A stretch of 64,000 nt of DNA, taken from the human T2T-CHM13v2.0 reference genome, Homo sapiens. Positions 1-15,634 of this stretch are shown here, piece after piece (the stretch's first letter is position 1; each line of letters opens with the position of its first letter). The DNA lies in NCBI RefSeq assembly GCF_009914755.1, contig NC_060932.1; one strand, given 5' to 3'. The notes below the pieces were generated by a model. The model ran no database searches and was not told the DNA's origin. It worked only from the letters and a program-made list of their open reading frames with translations. The position numbers were made by a program, and so were the translations under genes.

Positions 1-2772
1 TGCCTATGCTGGGAAATTGTAGGGCTTTCTCAGGAATTGCCTCATATTCTGCCAGACTCTGGCTCATGTGTAGCACACAGCTGAGTTAAAGCAGATGCGC
101 CCTATGACAATTCACCTAGTTTGCCCCCTGGGCCCTCAAGTTGAAGAAAATTTAACTTAAGGAAAATAGGTTACTTAAGGAGAACATGTGAAAATATTCC
201 AAATGTAGGAAAATTAACTGCCTGAACTAATGTGAATCATAGCAATTAACAGAGATGAAGATAAATAAATAATATACTTAGTACTGGTCATCAGATTTAT
301 AGAGGGCTAAAATTTGTAGAGGGTTAAGCCTCTAAAGATGGACCTGAGAAAAATTACCAGAAAGATTCAATTCTGTATCAGATTAAGACAGGATGAATTA
401 TTTTAGAGATAAATCAAAGGCAAAATATACAAATGGCTTTCATTTGGAAGAAACCTTGTCCTGTGAATACAATTAGAACATAATGGCAAAAAATGCAGGA
501 CCACAGATTCTCTTTCCAGATGGGGAAAAAACATTTAGACAAAAATATATATTTTTTAACTGACAAGATTTGGATGGGATATCTCAGAGGCGTGATTTCT
601 TTGGCATTTGATGACTCTTAGGAGGAATGTTGTAGATTAGGTAACAGAAGAGTGTTTGAAAATAAGACACATTGTTTACTTCTAATTAGAATATCTATTA
701 TTTCATTGCACAATAATGGATAATACGTTATGGTTTCTGATGACTCTCATTTAACTCAGCATAACTTCTAACCCTCTTACCGCAGTCGACATCGCCCTCT
801 AACATCTGGCTCTTCACTATATTTTAACTTCATTATCTGACACACAATCTCACTCTCTTTGTCCCAGTCACACAGGAATTTTTGTAGTTTCTTGAATATG
901 TCTGTTTTTTCACTTTCTGTTCTATTTTCCTATGGTTTCCCTTCAGCTATCTACATCCATACGGATCACTTCCTCCTTTCAGTGATGTCTCTGCTCAAAT
1001 GTCCCCTGACCAGAAAGATTTCTATGATCAGGGTGTCTAAAATATTGCTCCCTCATTCTCTACTTTTTTATTCTTCTTTAAGCATTTTTATGAAAGCTAA
1101 AGTTGCTAATTGAATTTCTTCTTTTTTCTCTTTTCTTACTATATTTGAGGAACTAACAATTGAAAAATAATAATTTAATTTTTGCAAAGAGGCTGTCAAC
1201 ACAAAGGACGAAAACGTCTCCAAATGGAAGAAGTGAATTTCTTAGAAACAAAGAAAATTAATTTTTCCCTGATTTTTAACCTACTTTTCTTGTGCTATAT
1301 GCAATAATACAACTAATTATTTACATTATATTTATTTATTTATTGTCGGTCTCCCCTAACTAGAATGTAAGCTGTATAACAGCAGTGACGATGATTTCAT
1401 TACTACTAAATCTCCAGAGTTTCGAATAACCTGATACATACTACCAGAAACCTACCCAACCATGTTTGTTACTTTCAAAAAGACATCTAAGAATAATTTG
1501 GTAATTCTAATATTTTTTGATATTAAAGAGTAAGTACATGTATGTGTTTGTCTGTGTGCGTATGTGTATGTGTGTATGTGCATTGCATATTTACATGTTT
1601 AAAGCTCCAGCATCCTCTTCACATTTGGCTAATTTGACCACCAGGGCTACACATATAGGACCTGGCTAGGGACAGAGGGAACTGAACACAGTAGCGCAGA
1701 CATCATTTCCCTTCTGAAACTCACATCCGGGATATCTCAGAGACTAGGCTGGAACGAAACACATTTGAAAGACCCATTATATATCACATTGAAAATCTCT
1801 GCTCCCAGGGCAGCCATGTTTTATCTAGTATGTCCTTTCACTACTTAGAAAATCATGAGATGACCTGCTACTACAAGTTTCCATTTTATATACAGGGAAA
1901 TATAGGTTAAGTGGATTGCTCATCTTCAAATAGCAGGGTGAACCAGAGCTTGGTCACCACACTCCATTACCCCCACCACCTTTTTTTTTTTGTCAATTTT
2001 TCATGTACACATCTGCACTCAAAATTTCAGGAAATCGAATATAGTTTAGAATATTTCCATATGAATGCCTCCCTTTCCATTCCTTGTATTCTCAAACCGG
2101 ATGCTTCATAATCCACAAGCCTTGGAAATCACAAGCTTCAGAACAAGCTGTTATCACTCTGATAGCAGCTGGTGACTTAGTGTGCCAGTCCCCTCTGAGG
2201 AGAAGTGCTTGTCAAGACAGTTCAGAGAACAAAAAGCCTGTAGGAGCTCACTCCAGAAATAGAGGAGGAGTTCCCAGGATTGTGTCAAAGGACAAGTCAC
2301 TTTCAAGAAATACAACTGAAAATCAAGACAGTGGAATCACAAATAGAATACAGCATATTAAAGCTGAAAGTGGCTTACAGTCTATGTGGTCTAATCTTTT
2401 CATTTCACAGATCAAGAATGGATGCCCCAGAGTAAAAATAATTTGCCCAAATTAAGAGGCAGATTTGGCTGTTAGATACAGTCCTCAACACCTATTTTCC
2501 CACTTGGATCACAATTAAAAGTCACCACAAAAATGCAAAGAAGAAATAAAACTGTCTTTGTTTACAGATGACATGATTGTCTATGTAGAAAATCCAGCAG
2601 AACACACAAGAAACTCCTACAATTAATAAGCAGTAATAGAAAGAGTACAGAATACTAGGTTAATATACAAAAGTCAGTTGCATTTCCCTATACCAGTAAT
2701 GAACAAAGAAATTTGAAATTAAAACATGGTATTACTTATATAAGCACACCCCAAAATGAAATACTTCGGTGC

Positions 2773-3160
2773 TGTTTTATTCCATTTTTCGTTGCTTAAA
2801 CAAAATACCTGAAACTGGGAAATTTATAAGATGAAATTTAATTTTCACAGTTCCGGAGACTGGGAAATCCATTGTCAAGGGGGCACATCTGGTGAGAACC
2901 TTCTTGCTGGTGGGGACTCTCTGCAGAATACTGAGGTGGGCATCCCACAGTGAGGGGATGAGTGTGCTAGCTGAGGTCTCTCTTCTTATGCAGCCACTAG
3001 CCCCTCTCCCATGACAACCTATGATTCCATTAACTCACTAATCCATTTATGAGGGCAGAGCCCTCATCACTCAATCACATCTTAAAGGCCCCACCTTTCA
3101 ATACTGCAACATTGGAGATTAAGTTTCAACATGAATTTCATAAGAGACAAACAGTCAAAG
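2773..3160 (-). mobile_element. MaLR solo LTR (MSTD/MSTC-like) nested in L1MC
   Basis: AATACCTGAAACTGGG...CACAGTTCCGGAGACTGGGAAATCC...GGCCCCACCTTTCAATACTG...AAGTTTCAACATGAATTT are typical MST motifs. Confidence 0.8.
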
Positions 3161-4067
3161 GGTATAAACCTAACAAAGTATGTACAAGATCTCCATAAGT
3201 GAAACTATGAAGCTGTGGTGAAAGCAACTGAATAAGAACTAAATAGATATTTCATGTTCATTGATAGGAAGACTCAATATGGCTAAGACATCAGTTCTTC
3301 CCAATTTGGTTTAGAGAGCCAACACAGTCCCAATTAAAGTCCCAGCAAATTATTTTGTAGTTATTTACATACTGATTACGAAGTTTGTATAGAGAGGCAA
3401 AAGACCCAGAATAGCCAATACAATATTGAAGGAGAAGAACAAAGTTAGAAGACTGACACTATTCAACTTTAAGAATTATCATAAAAACATAGTAATCAAG
3501 ACAGCATGCTATTGGCAAAAGAATAGACAAAAAGATCAATAGAACAGAATAGAGATCCCAACGTAGACCCACATAAATAGAGTCAAGTGATCTTTGAGAA
3601 AGGAACAAGGGCAATACAATGGAAAAAAGATAGTCACTTCAGCAAACGGTGCTAGAACAACTAGACATCTACATGCAAAAAATAAAAATAGAGTCTAGAC
3701 ACAGACCTTACACTCTTCACAAATAACTCAAATGGCATCATAGGTCTAAATGTGAAACACAAACTATAAACTTATGGAAGATAACAAAAGACAAAACCCA
3801 ATTGACTTGGGTATGGTGATGACTTTTTAGATACAATGCCAAAGGCATAATTCATTTTAAAAAAAGGATTGAAAAGCTAGACTTTATTGAAAATAAAACC
3901 TTCTGTTCTATGAAAGATACTGCTAAAAGATGAGAAGAGAAGCCGAAGACTAGAAGAAAATATTCACAAAAGATATGTCTGATTAAAGACTGTTATTCAA
4001 AATACCCAAAAACCTATTAAAACTCAACAAGAAGAAAACAAGAACACAATTTAAGAATCTGCAAAAG

Positions 4068-4500
4068 CTATTCATGATGGGAAAAGCACGGAATCAACCT
4101 AGGTGCTCATCAGTGTAGAATGGATAAAGAAAATGTGGTACATATACACTGTCGAATACTATGCAGCCATATGAAAGAATGAAATCATGTTCTTTGCGGC
4201 AACATGGAGGCAGCTGGAGTCCATTATTCTAAGTGAATTAACACAGAAACAGAAAATAAAATACTGCATGTTCTCATGTACAAGTGGGAGCTAAGCATTG
4301 TATTCACATGAATGTAAAGATGGGAACGATAGACACTGGAGACTCCAAGAGCAGGGAAGGGGGAGTGGGGAAGGCTTAAAAAATGACCTGTTGGGTATGT
4401 TCACTATTTGGGTGATAGGATCAACAGAAGCTCAGCATCATGCAATATACCTATGTAACAAACCTGCACATGTATCCCAAATCTAAAATTTAAAAATTAA
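4068..4500 (+). mobile_element. L1PA15/16-like 3' end inserted into L1MC
   Basis: 3'UTR ends TGTAACAAACCTGCACATGTATCCC plus an A-rich tail; degenerate TSD AAGAATCTGCAAAAG / AAAAATGTGCAAAAG. Confidence 0.8.
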
Positions 4501-5161
4501 AAAAATGTGCAAAAGACCTGAATAGACACCTCACCAAAGAAGATATACAGATGGAAAATAAGCAATGAAAAGATGTTCAACATCATGTCACTAGAAAATT
4601 CCAAATTAAAACCACACACCTATTAGAATGGCTTAAATCAAAAACATTGATGACACCAAATGCTGACAAGGATGTGGAGCCACAGGAACTCTCATTCATT
4701 GCTGGTGGAAGTGCAAAATGTTGCAGTCAGTTTGGAAGAGAGTTTGGCACTTTCTCACATAAGTAAACATACTCTTATGATCCTGTAATTGCACTTTTTG
4801 CTATTCACTCAAATGAGTAGAAGACTTATGTCTACACAAAAAAATCTGCACAGGAATATTTATAGCAGTATTATTTATAATTGCCCAAGCTTGGAAGAAA
4901 CTAACATGTTCTTCCCTAGGTGAATGAACAAATAAACTGTGGTACATCCAGACAATGAAATATTATTCAGTGCCAAAAAGAAATGAGTTATCAAGCCATG
5001 AAAAGACATAGAGATATCTTAAATGCATATTACTATGTGAAAAAAGCCAATCCCAAAGGGCTATATACTCTATGATTTCAACTATATGACATTGTAGAAA
5101 AGGCAAATCCATGGAAACAGCAAAAGGATTAGTGGTTGCCAGGCGATAGAGGGGCGTAAGG

Positions 5162-5344
5162 TGTCTTAGTTTAGGCTGCTATAACATAATACCATAGGCT
5201 TAAATAAGAAACATTTTTTTCTCATAGTTCTGGGAGTTAATAAATCTAAGATAAAGGCTAGAGGAGATCTGGTATCTGGTGAGGGTTCTCTTCCTGATTT
5301 GCAGGTGGCCATTATTCTCCTTGTGTCCTCACATGGCAGAGAGA

Positions 5345-5376
<32 letters not shown>

Positions 5377-5448
5377 CACTTGCTGATCTTATAATAGCAT
5401 TAATCCCTTTCATAATGATACCACACTCATTACCTAAGTATGTCCTAA
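5162..5448 (-). mobile_element. MLT1A-like MaLR LTR fragment with internal (GA)n
   Basis: TGTCTTAGTT..GGCTGCTATAACA..CATAGTTCTGG..CCTCACATGGCAGAGAG. Confidence 0.7.
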
Positions 5449-5580
5449 AGCAGGGATAAATAACTTGATTTTTAATATCACTATAGATTTATAATATGTC
5501 TGAATAGTGAACAGCTGGTAGGTTATTTTCATATTTTAAATTATTTTACCTAATCCTCATTTTTTCCAAAAAATCTTTTT

Positions 5581-5905
5581 CTTTTTCTTTTCTTTCTTTC
5601 TTTTTTTTTTTTTTTTGTTAGACAGGATTTCACTCTGTCACACAAGGTGTAGTATAGTGACAAGATCATAGCTCACTGCAACCTCAAACTCCTGAGCTCG
5701 AGTGATACTCTCACCTCAGCCTCCCAAATAGCTAGGACTACAGGCATGCACCCCTCGCCCAGCTAATTTTTTATCTTTTATTTTTTTGTAAAGATGGAGT
5801 CTCTCTGTGTTGCCCAGGTTCGTCTTGAACTCCTGGACTCAAGCATCCTCCTGCCTCAGCCTCCCAAAGTGCTGGGATTATAGGAATGAACCACTGCACC
5901 TGGTC
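5581..5905 (-). mobile_element. AluJ
   Basis: Poly-T then reverse Alu with J diagnostics (ATCATAGCTCACTGC, AACTCCTGAGCTC). Confidence 0.9.
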
Positions 5906-6269
5906 TCGAATGAGTGATTTTTCTAATGAAGTCAGTTGGTGTAATTAAAATAATTTGCTACTAATTTTAGTGGAAAGTGGTTAAACTCTCAGATAATTCT
6001 AAAAATAATTGAAATAATTATGATGTTGAAAATACTATTATGTGTATATGTAACAACCTTCACTGTTATCTATTGATCACATTTTAATGAATGTTACAGA
6101 AATTTTGTATATGTAGTGAATTGAATTTGGAGAACACATACATGCAGAAAGAATAAGCAATTAAGTATAAGTCAGGACAGTCATAAACGGTAGTGGCCAA
6201 GAAGTTCATTGCTTTGGATTTAAAACATCTGAGCCATTTGCTGGCTATGTGAGTATTAGTGGTGTTTTT

Positions 6270-6339
6270 CCTCAACTTAATTTTCGATGTTCCTGAGACT
6301 AAAACCTCAGCTTAATTTTCGATGTTCCTAAGACTAAAA
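6270..6339. repeat. 35-bp tandem duplication (2 mismatches) within a MIR remnant
   Basis: CCTCAACTTAATTTTCGATGTTCCTGAGACTAAAA followed by CCTCAGCTTAATTTTCGATGTTCCTAAGACTAAAA. Confidence 0.9.
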
Positions 6340-6690
6340 CGGAGGAAACAATAGTATCTACTTCACAGGGTTGCATTGAGATTTAAAGAAAATAAAGCAC
6401 AACTCCCAGAATATAGTATGTCCTCAACAAATGGTAGTTGAAAAAGGAGGAAGAAAGGGAGGGTGGAAAGAAAAAATAACATTTTTTTTTAAAGAAACAG
6501 TAAAACTAGCCATCTTGTAGCAATCTCCTTCCAGCCCAGTCTATTCTCTATAATACCTCTATTGTTTTCTTTGTAAAACATAAATGGGTTAAACTGCTCC
6601 CCTGCTTTAAAAGGGGGGGAACAAAACAAACAAGAAAAACACTCCCACTTCTGCCTATTAAAAAACTGCCACTTGTTAGTTGCGATGGTT

Positions 6691-7036
<346 letters not shown>

Positions 7037-7519
7037 TAGAGAACTGTGAAAGCATTAGTTTTGGGTGTGTCTGTGCATGTGTTTCCAGAGGAGATTGGCG
7101 TATGAATCTGGGTGGATGAACTAGGGAAGATCTGCTCTCAATGGGGGCAGACCCCATCTAATCAGCTGGAGGCCATAGATAGAACAAATACAGACAAAAG
7201 GCAAATTGGTGTCTCTGTCCTGGAGTCCTTACTCCTCATCTTGTGCTTAGACATGAAATTACACATCTCCAGCCTTGGGATTCCAGGACTTACACCAGTA
7301 GCATGCCTATGTTCTAAGGCCTTTGGCCTGGGACTGAGAATTACACCATCAGCTTTTCTGGTTCTAAGGCTTCTGGACCTGAACTGAGCCATGCTACCAG
7401 TATTTCAGGATGTTCAGCTTGCAGATAGCCTGTCGCGGAACTTCTCAGCCTCTAGAATCACATGAGTCAATTCCCCTAATAAATCTCCTTTTATCTATCT
7501 GAACATCTCTCTTCATCTC

Positions 7520-8022
7520 TCCATCCATCCACTCATGTGTCCATCCATCCATCCATCTATTGCTATCTATCTATCCATCCATGCATCCATCCATTCAACC
7601 ATCCATCCACCCATCCATCCATCCCTGTGCCATCTATATCTATCTATCTATATATCTATCTATCCATGCATCCATCCATCCATCTATCCATCTATCCATC
7701 CATCACTATCTATCCATGCATCCACCCATCCACCCATCCATCCATCCATCCATCCATCCATCACTATCTATCCATCCATGCATGCATGCATCCATCCATC
7801 CATCCATCCATCCATCCATCCATCCATTTATCGCTATCTATCTATCCATCCATGTATCCATCCATCCATCTGTTCATCTATCACTGTCTATATATCTATG
7901 TATCTATCTATCCATCCATCCATGCATCCATCCATGCATCCATGCATCCATCTATCACTATCCATCCATCCATCCATCCATCCATTCATCCATCTATCTG
8001 TCTTCTACCTACCTACCTATCT
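7520..8022. repeat. Compound (TCCA)n/(TCTA)n/(TGCA) tetranucleotide repeat, about 500 bp
   Basis: Directly visible. Confidence 0.97.
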
Positions 8023-10122
8023 AACTCTCTGGAGAACTCTGACTAATAAACTAGCTTTATAAACATGTTATTCTCTCTCTGCAATGTCTATTGCTTTATC
8101 TTCAGGAACATTCCACACATCCTGTAAGACTTCAGTTAAATTATCTCTCTGTTTCTTCTCCAATCATCCTCTGCCTTCCCTAGTCTCCTAACGTACTTTG
8201 TACATCTGTCACAAACCCCTCATCATATTTACTGTAATTTTTTTCCTACAGATTTGGATAGGAATTGAGCCATTTTTTTAATTTCACTTTTATGGTTGTT
8301 ACAAATAAAAGAGCAAGCAGGCCCCTCACTGTAATTCACCTGTATTTGCATTTAACTTATTAACCAAGGCATACTATTTCAAATAATCTAATATAGTATT
8401 TCCTATTTAATAACCAAACATACAGAACAGTTCCAAGCACATGTAACCATGTGATACATTTTCCTCTTTGAATAATAAATATATTTCTTATAATTAATAT
8501 GTGATAAAATTGCAATATTTTTAATCTCCTACATCCTTCTCTTTTAATCAGGTTTCCTTATCAACTGGTTCCTATCTCACGGGGTTGTTGCAGAGATGAG
8601 GAAAAAAAGTATTCTATTGGTTCATGCATCTCAAAATAGGCAGATTCTTTTCTCTGCTTCTTCCTTCATTGGCTCAGGTGTGGAGTGCTTCTCCCAATTA
8701 TATGTGCCAGCCTTGGTATGTTCTCATTGCTGTACCACACTGCCTGAGACATCCAAGACCACATCTTCCTTTGGGGGCACATTGGACCTTTGTCATTGGC
8801 ACTGGCAGGGAAGCTTTTATTTCACCAGGTCTAAGGCAATTCTTCCAAAAAAATCCCAAATAGTGAAAGAATTGATTTATTCTTCTAATATTTAAGCAAA
8901 TGTAAAAAAAAAGTTACATTAGTTATGTTTTTTTCAGATTTTGGATCAGTGAGACTTCATTAAAACACTTTGAGGTTATAAAGCAAGTAATTTTTGTTTC
9001 CAGAAAAGTTAGTTTCCTTTGGCTGAAGGGACATCTCTATGCAGGCCAGATCAAGACAAAAATAACTTTTAAGAAGGGAAATGAGGGAATGGAGTTTGGA
9101 AAACATAAATCCCACAGCAAAGTACGTCACCAACAATAAGAGTCATCTCTTTCACAGAGGCCTTTCCTAGAAAAGCCCTGACAGACTAGGAGTCCAATCT
9201 TCGGCTCCCATAGCACCCATGCCTGCTTCCACTCTGGAGCTTACTACTTTGCGTTGAAATTAATTTTTACATGTCTATGGCTTCTATTACAAATAGCTTA
9301 TTGAAAAGAGAACCATGTACATTACAAATACTTTTTTAGAGTTGCTGAACTGAACAAATCAGTACCTACGGGGTTAGTATGCTGGCTTCTATTCCAGCAG
9401 GGTTTTGAGCCATGAGATTTTGAATGCTCCCGACATTGTTAGTTCAGGATGATTAAAAATATAAATACGTAAGGATAAATAGTGTATTGAAAGGGTACCT
9501 AAAGAACACTACCCTATTAAGCTGAGATCTTTATGTCTAATTGATCAATGCAGACACCATTATAGGAAGAGGGAGAGCTATTAGAAGTCCCTCAAGTCAC
9601 AGCACTTGATCAGTTCCAAACTCTGCGTCTCATAATGTTGGACAAGACATCAGAGACAACATGACAGAATAACTTTCATGGTCAATGTAATGAGATCAGT
9701 CTGCTGGAATTCTACCTCTGCAATACACTGAAGCTTAAAACCTTAGGGAAATGTGTAACCCTCCAATCCAAGTCAGTCTTCCATACATTGGTAGATGAAT
9801 ACGACATTGCAATACCACACAAGAGTAAGAGTAATCATGTGAGGATAAAATGGGATAAATATATAAGGCATATGACAGAGTTAACAACTGCATTTGACTA
9901 AAAGTGATACATTTATTCTCTTTACAACATTATTCTTTAAACCTTTTTCTAAATGTACAAACAGTCTAGAGGTAGGTAATTTTTTCAGTCTATAGAAGAA
10001 ATTCAGCATTGCCAGAACCATCTGCCTTCACTTAGTCTGCTATCCTTAGGTTTTACTTGTTGCTATATCATCACGAGATCGCTAATCCACTCTTAGAATC
10101 CTATTCATCCTTCCTAGACAAA

Positions 10123-10282
10123 TGGAGAGGGAGGGAGGTAGGAGAGAGGAAGGAAGGAAGGGAGGGAGGGAGGAAGGAAGGAAGGGAGGGAGGGAGGGAG
10201 GAAAGTGGGAGGGAGGGAGGAAAGAAAAGAAGCAAAGAAGGAAGGGAAAGAAGGAAGGCAGGCAAAGAGAGAGGGAGAGAGA
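10123..10282. repeat. Polypurine (GGAA/GGGA) low-complexity repeat
   Basis: Directly visible. Confidence 0.92.
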
Positions 10283-10486
10283 ATGCAAAAGGAGTTCATG
10301 CCAACTGAGTTAGTCTCCTGTAAAGAGCTTCAGTAGCAGTACCTCTGAATGACTTCCATGTACGTCTCACAGGTCATGATCTTGTCACTTAAGCACTTCT
10401 TGTTTCAAGGGAGACTAGCTTTTTGTTTGTATGCATGTTGATTTTTTCTTTGTTTGTAAGCTGACACACTGCCATCGTAAATAAGA

Positions 10487-10929
<443 letters not shown>

Positions 10930-11646
10930 TTATGTGCATTTGTGAATCACTCTAATTTCAGCTTCAGTATTCAGTTGAGTGGCAGGACAATCTATATTGC
11001 TCTTGATTCCCTTTCCCAATAAAACATCTGGCTACATACTAGAATTTTCATTAAAGGATCACAGGGAGCTTCAACATAATTCATTTCTAAGTCTTTTTCT
11101 GGCAAGTCCTTGTATAAAACAATCTTCCCTTTAATATGAATCTGATAATCTTTTCCTGGCATGAGAATTACTTTCAACTGTTATAATGAAGATTTGTTTT
11201 TGAATAAAGGGACCTTTTGCCAACAAGATGAGAGAGAATATGGGGGAGAAAGGATGTTATATTGTTACAGGATGATATATTATTATTTTCAAAGCTCTGA
11301 GGAGAGAGACTCAACCTTGTCAGCCTTGATTTATGTTTGTTCATTCTGTGATTCAATAGGAAGGGCAGGTGAGCTTTACTAAAATGTTTTGTTATATATT
11401 TTTCTACTGAGTGCATTGAAAAGCATCTCGCACACCTTGTCTCACTTTCTCTCATTAGCACTGTGAAGGGTTGAGCTTTCATTGAGTGGAGGTTGCATAT
11501 CATTATGACCACAAAGCCATTCACATACCTATGTGTATGTACCTAAACTCAAAATGACTTCAAATAAGCATAAGGTTCCTTGAGATCAGATTACTAATGG
11601 AGAAATTAGGATATATACTTGGAAACTTTTAAAACTCATTTATAGG

Positions 11647-11965
<319 letters not shown>

Positions 11966-12510
11966 TTATAGGCAGCTAAATTTTGGCAAAATTTCAAAAT
12001 ATTTTACTACTTTTAAAGGTTTTCCTAAAAATACATAAAGCATAAAATCTCTACTTAAAAGTAAATACAGAGACATATCCATATCCTACCTGAGAATGCA
12101 AAAGTAACACCTGAAGTATACCTGGATTACTTCAGTGTAAAGTTGTTTTCTTTTTAATCTGCTTCATGATTTATGGTTTTATGGTAACTCATTATGTCAT
12201 TAGATTTATTAATTTCACCCTGTAGGATGCTTAGGTTGCATGTCCTGATTATGAATATCCTACTTCCTTGAACATTGTCAAGCACAAGACCCATGTTTAT
12301 GAAACTAACTTTTATATAATGAATAACTTAAATATCTAGCTTTATTTTATCTTATTGCTAAACTACTGTTCCAACGCTATTTTTAAACAATTTTATCCTG
12401 TTTTCCCATATTTTGAAATATCATTGTTATCATATATTATCTTCCTATATGCATTGGAGGCTACTTATGGACTTCTGATAACTAAATGTCTTTTCCTTTC
12501 TGCTTCATAA

Positions 12511-12843
<333 letters not shown>

Positions 12844-13252
12844 ACATATTTTTATTATATTCATCTCTAAGTAGTTTTAAAAGATATACTATTTCAAACA
12901 TTTCCAAGAATTCAGGAGTGAAGCTGTCTAGGCCTGAAGTTTTCCATGTGGGAGACTGCAGTGTTTTTCATTGAGTTCAGATATTTTTGATGTTCTTTGT
13001 TATTTTGTAGCATTTGTTAAGTTTTCATTTTGTAGGGATTTTTCCAATGTATCTAAATTTTCAAATTCATCTTGGTATTCATAATATTACTTCCATTTGT
13101 GGCATAATGTCTATGTTGTTTAAGCTCATTCTATATTTTCTATATATTTTTTCTTCTTGCTTCAGTCTGGTTATTTTATATTGGTCTACGTTTCACTCTA
13201 CCTTTTTTCCAATATGCATTTTTAAAATTTCAGCTATTACATATCAGTTTTA

Positions 13253-13591
<339 letters not shown>

Positions 13592-14078
13592 TTACTTGTG
13601 AAAGCATTGTCGTGTAAAGTATTTTCTTAAATATATGCATGAGTTGTTTTTACATCCATGTTTGATAAATACAATATAGAAATCACTTGTTGGCTTGTTC
13701 CTATTGTCTATTTTTGGAGTTGTGGCTTGTTATTTACATATTACATATATGTAATGTTATTTATATTTTTTGTAATATGTCTGTGTTTGCTCTAAGTTTT
13801 ACAAAACGTTTGTTTATTACATCATGGTTTACCTTCAAACACTATCATGCCTCTTCATATAAAATGTAAAAATCTTACAAGAATATACTTCTACTGTCCT
13901 TTGTACTATTGTCAAACATTGTACATCTATATACATTAAATATCCTACAATACATTACTAATATTTTTATTTTAGACAGTTAATTACCTTTTAGTGAAAT
14001 TTTTAAATGAAAGCAAAAATTATATTGCATATTCTCTTTCAAAATTACCACTTTTGGCCTTCATTAATATGGGTAAAT

Positions 14079-14327
14079 CAGTGGTTACCATGATGAGGGG
14101 TGGGAGTTTGACTCCCAGGTGATTTAGGAATATCTGTAGATATTTTTACTAGCTGCAGCTAGGCTAGGGTGGGGGAGCAATTGCCACTGGCATGTAGTGG
14201 GTAGGGGCCAGAAATGGTGATAGCACCCTATAGTGAACATGACAGCCCCTCCACAAAGAATTATTTGTTTCTCTACACTCTCTATGCTCTGGTATTTGTG
14301 CCAACGGTCCCGAGTTTGAGACACTCT
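14079..14327. mobile_element. MER20 (hAT-Charlie MITE)
   Basis: CAGTGGTT... ACTGGCATGTAGTGGGTAGGGGCCAG...GACAGCCCCTCCACAAAGAATTAT...TTGAGACAC. Confidence 0.78.
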
Positions 14328-15091
14328 AGTATAAATTCAAGTTTCTACACTATATATAGAAGGTCTATAGTGCAGGCCAACTGGCATGGAATAACCTCAG
14401 CTCTTATTGTCCATCAAAGTCTTCATTTCACCTTCATTTTTAAAATACACTTTCACTAGGTATAGAGTTGTGTATTGAGAGTATTTAATTTCAGCACTTT
14501 AAAGAAATCATCCATTGTTACCTGGTTTGCATAGCTTCTGTCAACTCATCCGTCATTATTCCACTGTGGGTAACATAGGCTTTCTCTCAGGCTGATTTTA
14601 AAATTTCTGCTTATCTCTTAGTTTCAGTAATTTGAATATGGTTTCTCTTGAAGTGACTGTGTTTATCCTGCTTGGGATATACTGGAATTTTTGAATCTGT
14701 ATAGATATTAACAACTTAAAAGAAATCTTAGCCATTATTTCTTCCAATTTTTTTCTGTTCCCTTCACTTCTGGGACTCCAACTCCCCATGTGTTTGACTG
14801 CATTCTGTGCTCCTAGTGTTCACTGAGACTCTGCTTATTTACCTATTTTGCCTTTGTGTTTCATATTGGATAGCTATTGCCATACCTTCAAGTTTACTGA
14901 TATTTTCTTCGGCAGTGTCTAATTTCCTTTAATCACATTCATTACATTAACTTTTTCCCTATATTGAATTTTATGCTCTAGGAGTTCCATTAGTGCCTTA
15001 ATGCATCTTCCATATCTCCTCTAATTATTTTTGTTTTCTTTTAAACCCTTGAGTATATTTATAATGACTGTCTTAAAGTCCTTGTCTGCTC

Positions 15092-15530
15092 TTGCAGCCA
15101 TGAGACTGCCTCAGAAACCTACATGGAGGATCATAGACTGAGGACTCAAGCTGCTGCACTTTGAAATCTCTCACTGTATTTGCACTAAAGTCATATCTCC
15201 CATAGGCTTCTTTCTGTCAATTGCTGAGTGTGATGGAACTGCTAACGCTGGTCCACTTCAGGGAGACAAAGGACTCCTTAGTTGGGAGACTTTGGTTCAA
15301 GGACAGAACAATGATTTTGTCAAATCTTACTTACACTGCATGGAGTGTAGGATTTTTCCACCCAATCTTCTCTTCCTTTTCTCTTCACTTGGGTCAGAGT
15401 TGAATTCTGGTTTGGTTGCATTATCAGCTTTCCCCAGATCACTCTCTATTTCCTTTCACCAGCCTTAACCCTGTTGAAATCCTTTTTACCTTTAATCCCA
15501 TTGTCGCATCTGCTTCTTGGAGGACCCAAT
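15092..15530 (+). mobile_element. LTR16-like ERVL solo LTR
   Basis: GCTGCTGCACTTTGAAATC..., ends GCATCTGCTTCTTGGAGGACC. Confidence 0.65.
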
Positions 15531-15634
15531 AATGTGTTAATTTTGTCTTCTGTTTGACTTCTGTTCTCTTCTATTGACCAATTTTTATCCTAATCCTGAA
15601 TCAAATTTATCTGTTACTTCACAAGTCTATTAAC

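Larger units (their letters stand above)
2540..5160 (+). mobile_element. Old LINE-1 (L1MC-like) ORF2 3' part and 3'UTR, interrupted by an MST LTR and a younger L1 3' end
   Basis: Degenerate ORF2 (TTTACAGATGACATGATTGTCTATGTAGAAAATCC, the FADDMIVY region) and L1MC-type 3' end (AAGCCATGAAAAGACA...GGCAAATCCATGGAAACAG...GTGGTTGCCAGG). Confidence 0.85.

Noticed and set aside
2084-2455. 123-aa ORF in non-repetitive sequence
   Set aside because: Non-ATG start, no recognisable domain, and the 3' end runs into MIR-like sequence; expected by chance.
7535-8062. 175/169/154-aa His-Pro-Ser-Ile ORFs as protein genes
   Set aside because: Open only because (TCCA/TCTA)n lacks stop codons; they lie within an LTR microsatellite.
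8560-8900. Possible exon or processed pseudogene; resemblance to known lncRNA or GWAS loci
   Set aside because: No protein match or poly-A/TSD that I can verify; locus identity cannot be supported from memory.
10057-10313. G/R/E/K-rich and P/S/L/F-rich ORFs
   Set aside because: Translations of the purine simple repeat.
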